Positions 9,659 through 20,100 of a stretch of DNA of 64,000 nucleotides are shown in pieces. The stretch lies in assembly GCA_964567435.1 (NCBI GenBank), contig CAZMMQ010000007.1:31931-95930 (forward strand), written 5' to 3'. This DNA comes from an uncultured Saprospiraceae bacterium (GTDB lineage: Bacteria; Bacteroidota; Bacteroidia; Chitinophagales; Saprospiraceae). A program made the translations under genes and the position numbers. The stretch's first letter is position 1, and every line of letters starts with the position of its first letter. The notes beneath the pieces are model-generated. The model did no database searches and had not been told where the DNA came from. It saw only the letters and a program-made list of their open reading frames with translations.

Positions 9659-12600
9659 CTATAATATGGTAACCTCTAGTTTTTTACTCACTGTGAAGTA
9701 GAAGGAAGATCCTTCCCCTACTACAGAATCTAGCCAAATATCGCCTTGGTGCTGCTCAATGATTTTCTTACAGATTGAAAGTCCTATCCCAGTTCCTTTA
9801 TATTTATTCTCGCTATATAACTTCTTGAACATAAGGAATACCTCATTGTGGTAGTCCTGCTCTATGCCGATACCTCTGTCGGTCACAATAAATTTATAAA
9901 AGTCAGTTTCCTCTTCAAAATCGATTTCCACGTAAGGTGTCTCACCTTCTTTGTGAAATTTCATGGCATTGGTTATGAGATTCTGGAATACTTGCCTCAG
10001 TCTGGACGCATCACAAGTCATCTTCTCTGGTAAGGAGATTATATTTACTTCTCCGCCTTTCTCCTCTATACTTTGATTGATTTCGATTAGTAAATGATTG
10101 AGAAGTTTTGGCATTTCGACCTCTTCAAACTCAATTTCTTGGGTATTGATTCGAGAGAAAGCCAATAAGTCATCTATAAGCACTTGCATATTAGTACTTG
10201 CTGTAATGATGATGTCTAAGAATTTACCGTCTTTCTCTCCTAACTTATCATAAGAATTATTCTTTAATAATTGAGCAAAACTGATGACTGACCTTATTGG
10301 TGCTTTCAAATCATGAGATGCGATGTATGCGAAATTTTCTAATTGCAGATTACTATCAATGTATTTTTTAAGTTCTTCATTTTTGAGCTCTAGTATATCA
10401 AACTGACTCTGGATAATCTTTTGTTGACGCAGTTCTTCAGTAATTTCACGGAAATTTTTAATAAGATATACAAAGGTGTTAATCTCTATCAATTGGTGAG
10501 AAATCTGAAGATCTTTCAAACCCCCGCCATTTCCGAGAATTTGACATCTTCTCTTTGAGGCACCATTTCTAATTGTTTCTATCATAACTTCCTTCAACCA
10601 ATCCTCACTTAATTGACCATTAGGTTGATATTCGGGCACCTTATTTTTAAAATTTTCAATAGAATCTAACCGTGTCTTGGTGTCTGTTGACATGATCTCT
10701 AACATCTTATTATTTCTAATTAAGATATTTCCATTGATTAGAATATTGTCATCCAATTCATATCTGACAACCTCTATACCTTCAAAGCTATTTTTGATGA
10801 GAGCTTCGTATACTGATGACTTTTCTCGAATTTCTCTCAAAGAATAGTATATCTCAGTCTTATCGGTATACATCGCATAGTAAATATCATCATTCTCATT
10901 CATGGCGATGAACTTAATTTCTACCAGACGTTCTTCTCCATTTGGCTTGACTATGACGCTTTCTATATCGATCTCGCTAAGTTCATTATTGGACAGTTTG
11001 AACCTGACTTTCTTAAAGGTGTCATGTAAGTTGGCGTCAGTTACAAACCTTGAAACTTCAGGTACAAAATCCAAATACTGACTATCTACAAGAGAATCCC
11101 TCTCAACCCCATATAATTCTAATGCTGCCTTATTACAACCTAAGATCTTATCCTTAGCCATATCATAGATTATTATTCCACTATTGATATTGGCGAATAA
11201 TGAATTATAATTCTCTTGTTGGACTTTTATATGTTGATCCTTTTGAGATTTTTCTGTTGCATCTGTCACAACAATTAGAAACTCCCACCCTTCTCCCTCT
11301 TCTAAAGGTTTGAGACTTGCTGTCCCTTCCAAGACCATATAGGTCCCGTCATTCTTTGCAACTGAAAAAGTATTATAGACATTCTTTTTGTCTCTAAGGA
11401 GTTGGACGGTAGCCAGTTGAAATCTTCCTAAATCTTCTTTCTTTATATAGTCTATAATAGGTTTGCCTTTGACATCAGATAATTCATATCCCAACTTTCT
11501 GGAGAGATAAGGAGACAAGTAAGAAACATTTGAATTGGCATCAACCCTTAATACACCAACAGGCATATCTTCCAGGAGTGACCTGTATTTCTTTTCATTG
11601 ATTTTAAGCAGTTTATCTTTCTTGACATCCTCTGTCATATCTCTACTCACCTCAAGGACGCCAACCACCTCTCCAGCATCATCCTTCACAGATGTATATA
11701 TATTCTTGTATATCGTCCCATGTTCTTTTCGCTCCACAACAGATTCTATCGTCTCTCCATCCTGTAACACTTTGTCATAAAGTTGTTCACGCCAATCTAA
11801 AAATTTGGTTTTGTCATAATTGTCACCCCAACATTCTCCAATTTTTAGATCTACATTGACATACTTTTTGAATTCTGCTCTAGCCCGCTCATTGAACATC
11901 ATGACTTTGTAGTCTTTATCAAGTACAGACATACCGTCGCGTGTACTTTCAAGAACTGCCTTAAGGTTTGCATTTAGGGCTTGAAGTTTCTTCTCGTTTG
12001 ACTGAAGCGCTAAGTTTGATTTAACCAGATTAGTGACACTCTTACCATATTCCAGAATGCCAATAGATTGACCTTTATCATTGAAAACATTCTTATAGAT
12101 AACTTGGATATAATTTTTACGACCCTCATCATCAAATTCTATCATTCGCTCATAGGTTCCATCTGCAATAGTCTTATTATAATATTCCTTTTGCCTTTTC
12201 TCTAACCCATCTTGTCCATATAATTCAATAAGTGTCGTGACGTCCGATAATTTAGTACCTATAATGCTCCGATGAATGTGGTCCGCTGTGTCATTATACC
12301 CTATTATCTTATAATCATTATCGAAGTAAACATAATAACCATCCTCTTGAATCCCCAACTCGTCTTGCAATTCCAACAGATCAATAATTCTGTCATGTTG
12401 AGAATTTTGGGCAGGGGTAATGGTCAATAGGTACTTTTGGGTGTCACCACTCTTATCCTTTTGTGGTTTGGCATTGACTAGCGTAGGTAAGGCTTTACCT
12501 GAGGATAAAATCAGCTCTGTATTAGATTCTGCATTAAACAACTGATTGGCTTCGACAGAAAATAAATCTGAAAGCAGTGTACCTATGAGTTCGTTGTTAT

Positions 12601-12742
12601 TGAATCCAGTCATATCAGCCATCGCCTGATTGGCTAATATAACCTTTGATGTATCCACTAAGAGGCAGCCAATTGGCAGTGCATCATATGGTTTGAAATA
12701 GTCAACATCATCAATTTCCAGTAAATACCAAGCAGTCTTCAT
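9659..12742 (-). CDS. Cytoplasmic multi-PAS sensor histidine kinase
   Basis: 1027 aa. It has several PAS-like repeats, the H-box FAYIASHDLKAPIRS, and HATPase_c motifs (NLITNAMKF, DRGIGI, GTGIGLSICKKIIEQHQG). No obvious TM segment. Confidence 0.85.
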   Translation of the reverse strand: MKTAWYLLEIDDVDYFKPYDALPIGCLLVDTSKVILANQAMADMTGFNNNELIGTLLSDLFSVEANQLFNAESNTELILSSGKALPTLVNAKPQKDKSGDTQKYLLTITPAQNSQHDRIIDLLELQDELGIQEDGYYVYFDNDYKIIGYNDTADHIHRSIIGTKLSDVTTLIELYGQDGLEKRQKEYYNKTIADGTYERMIEFDDEGRKNYIQVIYKNVFNDKGQSIGILEYGKSVTNLVKSNLALQSNEKKLQALNANLKAVLESTRDGMSVLDKDYKVMMFNERARAEFKKYVNVDLKIGECWGDNYDKTKFLDWREQLYDKVLQDGETIESVVERKEHGTIYKNIYTSVKDDAGEVVGVLEVSRDMTEDVKKDKLLKINEKKYRSLLEDMPVGVLRVDANSNVSYLSPYLSRKLGYELSDVKGKPIIDYIKKEDLGRFQLATVQLLRDKKNVYNTFSVAKNDGTYMVLEGTASLKPLEEGEGWEFLIVVTDATEKSQKDQHIKVQQENYNSLFANINSGIIIYDMAKDKILGCNKAALELYGVERDSLVDSQYLDFVPEVSRFVTDANLHDTFKKVRFKLSNNELSEIDIESVIVKPNGEERLVEIKFIAMNENDDIYYAMYTDKTEIYYSLREIREKSSVYEALIKNSFEGIEVVRYELDDNILINGNILIRNNKMLEIMSTDTKTRLDSIENFKNKVPEYQPNGQLSEDWLKEVMIETIRNGASKRRCQILGNGGGLKDLQISHQLIEINTFVYLIKNFREITEELRQQKIIQSQFDILELKNEELKKYIDSNLQLENFAYIASHDLKAPIRSVISFAQLLKNNSYDKLGEKDGKFLDIIITASTNMQVLIDDLLAFSRINTQEIEFEEVEMPKLLNHLLIEINQSIEEKGGEVNIISLPEKMTCDASRLRQVFQNLITNAMKFHKEGETPYVEIDFEEETDFYKFIVTDRGIGIEQDYHNEVFLMFKKLYSENKYKGTGIGLSICKKIIEQHQGDIWLDSVVGEGSSFYFTVSKKLEVTIL

Positions 12743-12838
12743 ATTATAAAGTTATATAATATGAATAGGATCAGCAAATTTGTCTGTTTATGTATGAGTA
12801 GAACGCTTCATATTTAACAATAAGAAAACCCCAGATGG

Positions 12839-13177
12839 CTATTCGCCTTCTCCAACTGGCTCATCTGACGTCGTGATGTAGGATAGGTTCTCATCATAGT
12901 GGTAGAAAAAGTAAAGCGGCTTTTCGTTTCTAAGCAAGTCTATAAACTGAAGGTATCTGTCTCCTGACACATACACCTCATACAAGGTAGATTTACCCTT
13001 TTTTGTCATGCTATTGCGTTTGAGCCGTCCATCCTTAAACCTGATAATGGCCTTTCCTGATGGTAAGGAGAGGTGAATAACGGCTCTACTCATCGTCGCA
13101 GCTCCTCCACTATAGAGAAAGACTTTATATTTTTTGAATTGAGTTATTATAAAGTTGGATTTTGCCATTTTGGTCAA
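12839..13177 (-). CDS. Hypothetical small protein
   Basis: 112-aa ORF in an otherwise empty interval. No recognisable motif. Coding status rests only on ORF length and context. Confidence 0.35.
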   Translation of the reverse strand: MTKMAKSNFIITQFKKYKVFLYSGGAATMSRAVIHLSLPSGKAIIRFKDGRLKRNSMTKKGKSTLYEVYVSGDRYLQFIDLLRNEKPLYFFYHYDENLSYITTSDEPVGEGE

Positions 13178-13337
13178 TTTTTACTTTGGATTTAGAAAGA
13201 ATCTAAATTTACAAATCCTTGATCACATTTTTCAAGATTGTAAATGAAGCACTATTAAAAAGTCTGTTAATCATTTTTTTTGCCTTCATATTTTTGAAAA
13301 GAGCGATTAGTATTGTTTAGTTTGCCGTCCATTTACA

Positions 13338-14018
13338 ATGACTCAAAACAGAATTAATATTGCGATAGACGGCCATTCTTCTTGTGGCAAGTCTACCCTA
13401 GCCAAGCAGCTCGCTGCTACATTAGGCTATCTATATATTGATTCTGGAGCTATGTACAGAGCCGTCTGTCTCTACTTCCTTGAAAATGATGTGGACCTCG
13501 CTGATCAAAATCAAGTCTCTCAAGCCTTGGATCAGGTACATATTAAAATGGAGAACAATGACAACACCTTCCAGATTCAACTCAATGGAAAAAATGTCAC
13601 TAGTAGAATCATACAGCTTGATGTATCCAGTCGCGTCTCTGAGGTAGCGGCTCTCAGCATTGTAAGACGTAAATTAGTTGAGATCCAAAAACAACAAGGT
13701 ATAGACAAAGGGGTCGTCATGGATGGCCGTGATATAGGTACTGTGGTCTATCCTCAGGCTGAACTCAAACTTTTTGTCACCGCAGAAATAGAAGTCAGAA
13801 CTCAGAGAAGATATACAGAGCTTAAGGAAAAAAATATGGAAACCCCCTATGACGCCATCAGACAAAATTTGATGCACCGCGATCATATCGACAGTACGAG
13901 AGCTGACAGCCCACTAATACAGGCGGATGATGCTATTCTAATAGACAATAGTTTTATGTATCGTTCTGAGCAATTATACCTCTGTCTGAAGCTAGCCAAG
14001 GAGCGGATAGATGGCTAG
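13338..14018 (+). CDS. cmk: Cytidylate kinase
   Basis: P-loop IAIDGHSSCGKSTLAKQLA followed by YIDSGAMYRA and GRDIGTVV, which are typical Cmk motifs. Confidence 0.9.
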   Translation: MTQNRINIAIDGHSSCGKSTLAKQLAATLGYLYIDSGAMYRAVCLYFLENDVDLADQNQVSQALDQVHIKMENNDNTFQIQLNGKNVTSRIIQLDVSSRVSEVAALSIVRRKLVEIQKQQGIDKGVVMDGRDIGTVVYPQAELKLFVTAEIEVRTQRRYTELKEKNMETPYDAIRQNLMHRDHIDSTRADSPLIQADDAILIDNSFMYRSEQLYLCLKLAKERIDG

Positions 14019-14048
14019 CTAGCCAATTCCAATTATGTAAAAATTTAA

Positions 14049-14076
14049 AAAGGGTTCACCCGAAGGTAAACCCTTT
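14049..14076 (-). terminator. Hairpin between convergent cmk and giant gene A; likely intrinsic terminator for the minus-strand gene
   Basis: AAAGGGTT-CACC-CGAA-GGTA-AACCCTTT: an 8 bp plus 3 bp stem with one mismatch and a CGAA loop. On the minus strand it is followed by TTTTAAATTT. On the plus strand the trailing sequence is A-rich. Confidence 0.6.
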
Positions 14077-14112
14077 ATAAAAAGACATCAGTTAAACTTT
14101 ATGGTTATTGTC

Positions 14113-17100
14113 TTATCTAAACACGGTGATATCACCGGCTTCTATTTCTGGTCTTTCTAGTGGACCACCCTCGTCTATAACTAGATTAATCACATACACA
14201 TATACACCTTGCTCTACATTACCTGCAGCATCATTACCCCAGCGGCCTGTAAAGCCAAGATCCCATACTTGTCCTGTTGCATCAGTATCACTATCATCCA
14301 TTACATCCACTAAAGGATCTAATTCCTTGATATATACAAGTTCTCCCCATCTGTCATAGATTGCTACATCTCTTACGGTTACACTTCCTTGAGTGAACAT
14401 GGTCCATCTTGCATTCTCGGCGTCAGCTTGGGCAGAAATCACATTCGGGATATACCATCTTTCGAAATCAATGATTGTGATATCTCTGTCATCAGTTAAG
14501 AAACAGTTATCTGCAAAGAAGACCTGTACACCCAAAGTAAATTCTCTACCTAATTCTTCTAAATTAGCAACGATATCAATAATTGATTGCTCTTCAGAAT
14601 TGACCACAACTGGTACACCATCTATAAACCATATCACATCTGTAGGCTCTGCTGAAATACCTCCAAGCTCAAAAGTGAATGTACCATTCTCATCTACCAT
14701 CAGCGTCTCATCACCTACGATATTGACTTCTCCGACTGGAGCAGCTTCTACAGGAATGGATAGCATATCAGTACAACCATTAGCATCTCTGACAAGCATA
14801 TCATAGATACCAGGCCCTGGTATAGTGTATACAGGGTCAGCCTGCGATGGAGGATTATCTAACCACTCATAAGTATATGGCTCTGTACCACCTGTCGCTT
14901 CTATAGTAATAGTCGGTGCTACATCAAAAATACAATCAGCTGGATTCGCTGTAATACCAAGTATTCTAGGTCTCTCAAAGACTTCGAAATCATACATGGT
15001 CGTATAGACACAATCATCACCTGTTACAGTCGTATATGTCGCAGAGTAGGTAATATCTATTACTCCAGATGATAAGTCAGCTACTGCTACATTACCATTA
15101 GATGGATTAACAGCCGTACTGCTACTCATCCAAGCTTCTTCCAGATTACTGCCTGCAGGTGGTGTGCCTTGGAATATCTCACTTCCTGGTAAAGTAAAAT
15201 CACTAACATCTCCTTCACAGAAGTCTTGTAATGTTAAAGAAGATGGTATCAACTCTGGACAATCAGACGGTGTACATACTACTGTTGCACTCGGAGATGT
15301 CAGACACAGCTCTGGCCCAACAATATTAATCGGCGTCACCACAATAGTGACAGGATCTTGAGAGGTTAGGTTATCAGCTACGAAGGTCGTTTCCTGAGTT
15401 GTCTCTGTTGTTCTTCCAGGAATACTAATCTCATATCCTTCTGCACCTTCCAGTTCATTCCAGATAAAAGTCACTGAACTTATAGTCACAGAACCACATG
15501 ATACCATAAGAGTCTGTGATAGACCCACATTAAATGATACTTCTACTGGGTCACTTACACAATCTGATGCACTTTGCTGGGTCAATGAAATTGTTTTCAT
15601 ACCATCATCATCATATCTTACAACTACACCATCTGGGAAGTCTCCTCCTACGACTGTTCCACCATCATAATCAAGCATACTTGTCACTTGAGGGTCAACA
15701 ATTGCTGGTCCACTCACTGTGATTATGTCTCCTTGACAAATGTCATCAATGTCATTGATAGCAGCTGTAGGTCGGATATTAACTTGAATCTCTACAGTCT
15801 CCGAGAATACGCATTCAAGAGGGAAACTAGCATCTGCCCACTCAAAGTCTATCTCATATAGCGCACTAACCTCTTCGTCATCTGGTGTAAATAAGCCATT
15901 GGCGTCTACTCTACTATCCAACCATGTTATAGTACCTGGTAGAATAGCACCAGTCGCATCTAGCACCTCTCCTACCTCCAATTGTATTGGAGCAGCTCCA
16001 GCTTCCCAACATGCTTCTTGTTGTGGTACATCAAACTGAGGGACTATACAACTCGTCGCTATACAATCTTGTTCTTCAGACATTCCATTACCACAATCCA
16101 CATCTATATTAAGAGCCGTAATCGTAATATCGACCTCATCATCTTGACTTAGATTATCTATTGTTATCGTCGTTACCGATGGATCATTAATTGTATCTGG
16201 ATCAGCAGTATTACCGTTAATAGTTATGATGACTTCATACCCTGAGATATCAGAAACTTCTGTCCATTCGAATGTGACAAAATCAAGACTTGAATCTACA
16301 CAATTGATTGGAGACATATTTGGAACGCCAGGACAAGGTGCTGTACATAGTCTTGTCTCAGCAGGAAGTGTACATCCATCCTGAGGATGAATCGGCTGTA
16401 CCGATAATATGTAATCTTCCATAGGTCCAAGATTATTGACCGTGAATGACAACTGATCTGTTCTTTCTATAAAGATCGGATTAGCTGGATCAGTCACATT
16501 GACCAATTCAAATGAATCAATATTAGTGATGGCTTCCCACGCAAATATGATCATGCCTGGTGTCTCGTCGCAAGACTCAAATGTTACTCCTGCAAAAGTG
16601 AGACAGTTGCTCGCCATGCATGTTACTGAGTTGGACGCGTTACAGCTGCCACTAGCAAAATTGTCATTGATAGCCGTCACAGTAACAATCACCTCGTCGC
16701 CTTCATTTAATGTATTGTTTTCGTATTCTAATACGTCACTGGCATCATAAGCAAATGGAGATCCTGGTATGGCTGTGCCATTAATAGTAACAGCTACTGA
16801 ATAACTTGTCGCTCCAGCAACCTGATCCCATCCTGCAGTGATAAAGTCTAATCCCTGATCTATACAATTTGGATTAGGCGCTTCTAGCTCAGGGATGACA
16901 TCAACCATAAAGGTGGTCATATCTTCACAGCCTGCTACATTTGAAATTGCCTCTATTAGATAGCTTCCAGGCTCTGTGAATCTTATATCTCCATCTGCAT
17001 TAGCGACTGGATCATCAGTGGCTATATCATTAACATCATAATTCCATGATACAGAACCTTCTGGGGCATCCAAAAGTAACGATACATCATTGACACAGAC

Positions 17101-20100
17101 AGGCGTCTCAAACTCAAATGATGGATCTGGAACTTGTAATACCTCATATGATAGGTTAAATACTCTTTCTGGACACTGTGGATCAAAAGTATAGGTGACT
17201 TGGATATCATAGGTGCCCGGCGCTAATCCATCTGTATCAAACTCACCAGTGACAGGATCTACAAACCCTGCTGGTGTACTCTCAAAAGATAACATACCAT
17301 TAGGTTCAGAGAATGGAAATCCGTCTGCCAATGTCAATACACCAGGTGTATCATTCTGGCAGAAATCAGTCCCTTGTATTTCCTGAGTCACACTCGCTGG
17401 CGGACAATTAGAAGTCGTACATGGCACCGCTGTCGATGGCTCACTATTAAAGCAAGGCATGCCACCTAAAGCTGTTACCGTATATGTGACTGTTGTGCCT
17501 AAAGCTAAACCAGTCGTGGTATGACTAGTAACACTGTCATCATAATCCATAACTGCTGCGCCATCTTCAAATACAGTATACCCTGTCGCTCCAGGTATAG
17601 GTTCCCAAGTGATCTCCAGATCATTTTGACCTTGATTTCCACAAGTAACTTTCGGTGCTTCTAAAGGCTCTATCACCATGAAATTAGCTGGTAGTGACAC
17701 TCTAGAAGAACAACCAGAAAGTGTATCCTCTATACTGACGATCACTTGTTGCATTCCAGCACCAGGAAAATCATAAGTTGTAAAATTATCAAAGGTCTTT
17801 ATAGAGTTAGTCCCATTGACAAAGGTATACTCGTAGTTAGGACTTGGTGGATTAGCGGTAGCCGTCACCGTCACCGATGTCATCGCATTGGCGTCTGGTG
17901 CACCGATAATACAAATATCTGATATAGGATCTACGGCCACTGTTGGCGGATCTGTCAAGTTAACACAAACAAAGGCAGGATCTGATAGTCCACATACTGC
18001 ATCTGCAACCACAGATACACAATCATCCGGATCATAGCCTGATGGGAAAGTGATATCCACAACTGTACCATCTCCATTTGCAGACACATCTGTCACTACT
18101 ACACCTGGAATTATTGGGTTGTTATTCCAGATATAATCTGTATCTGGTGCAGCATTTGTTACCATAAATCTATGATCTTCCAAATCTGTCGCACAGAAAG
18201 TATCGTCACCTGCAACAATTGGTGGTGGTGGCATTGCCACTCCCCAAGCAAATGGACCATAAGTCGTGGTACATTGATCTATTCTTTCTTCATCATGGAA
18301 TGGACCATAAGTCCCTTCTCCTTCTTCTGAGTCCCACCAAGCTCCATCGACAAAATCAAAGGTGATACGGACACAGACATCCCTTGGCTGACTGAGCTGG
18401 ATGGTTCCAGTTGTATTACCCGGTGAAATATTTTCACCTGTATTACAATCAATAAATTCGACTACTTGGGAACTTTGAAATATCTCTCCCCACTCTTCGT
18501 ACTCATCATCCAAAAGATCAAAATCAATTCCCGCTGTATAAGCACCACAACCCAAATCCTCGGTTATGATTGGCACAGTACCAACTGTGATTGCTATGTT
18601 AGGTAAGGTATCACAATATTGATCTCTGCCTGGTCTCCATGTATCCATCTCATCACTATACCCTTCTATTCTTAGACATATAGCGGCATTAAGCGAATCT
18701 GGCGCTTCTAAGTCTCTTATCACATTATCTTGTCTCCAATCCCATTCCCACTCATACACTTGGTCATCGCAGTCCAAAGGATCATTGATTTCGCACTCCA
18801 TGAACTGGCATCTCCACATAAAAGCTTGCACATCTGTCTTGACTCTATTACCAACAGGTCTGATGCATAGTTCTTGAGGCACCTCACAATCGCAATCAGG
18901 ATCAAGGAAGGTAAACAGATTGCAGTTATATCCATCTGCATTCAATGGCCAAGAGTCTACATCTGCTAGGAAAACGGCATCCCCTAACCATTCTAATCCA
19001 TCCATATTTGGATCTTGGTCAGAATCTGCTGGATCAAAACCTGCAGGGTTCTCTGCTGGGTCCAAGGTTTCTATACATACATCGAACTGATAGGTCTCAG
19101 GTAGTATATTGACAACATGGACATCTAGGCAGACAGGTCCTGGCTTAGGGTCGCATTCGAATACTATTTCTTCAAGGCAAATTTGATGAAGACCTTCTGT
19201 ATCTGGTGCTTCTAGGGGAGGAATAAAGCCGCCACCATCTATTAGCGGATTCCATTCTATGTCACCCATCCAAGTTGTTGACCATCTAAATATGGTGTTT
19301 AAAGATTCTGCATATTGTCCACATTCATCCTGTAACTCAGGAATAGAACTAACAGGGTTACCTTGATGGATAACACCAAATTGGATCTCTTCACCTGGAC
19401 ATACAGTCACACTACTTGTTAGTTCGCAGTTACCAGTTGGACTTGGCAAAGAAGGATCATCGAAGTTATCTGTCAGCATCTCGTCTCTACAAGGACTAAA
19501 AGCTGTAATGGCATCTATTTCTGGTAAGCCAAGAAAATCTAATCCCTCAACGGTGACTGTATACAAACAATCATCTCCATTACAACCATCCACAAACATG
19601 TAATAAGTCTGACCAGGCACAAAATTACCTGAAGATAAGTTTTGTTGAGTAGTTGTACATCCACCTGTCCAGACGACACAGTCATCAAACTCACAACTAT
19701 CATAGATACCCAGCTGTACCCCTTGTCCAGTACTACACATGTCCAAGTCCACGATGATTTCTAATTCCTCAGCACTTGCTACAAAGGCAAACCACGACAT
19801 ATTATGTGGTACATTACCTCCATCACCACATAGTGGGGTCGGTTGTGAACCATCATTTATCGGCGCACATCCTGGGTTAATAAATTCACATTCTGGGTTA
19901 CATGAGGTATATCCTTCTTGTAGCTCCACTGGATCACATAATCGACAACCATTTGGAAATACAGGATCTGCATCTTCACAAGTCTCACAGAATATCGATC
20001 CTACATCTCCACAACTACCACATTGTAAGGTAAAGTCAAAGCAGTGCTCCAAATTACCAGAGGGATCACACATATCAGTAATAGTGATACATACCTGAGT

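Noticed and set aside
13195-13245. AT-rich hairpin ATTTAGA-AAGAA-TCTAAAT and an imperfect palindrome TTTACAAATCCTTGA..TCAAGATTGTAAA between the small hypothetical gene and cmk.
   Set aside because: The stems are short, AT-only or imperfect, and sit in an AT-rich promoter region. They are compatible with chance. I note them only as possible operator sequences.
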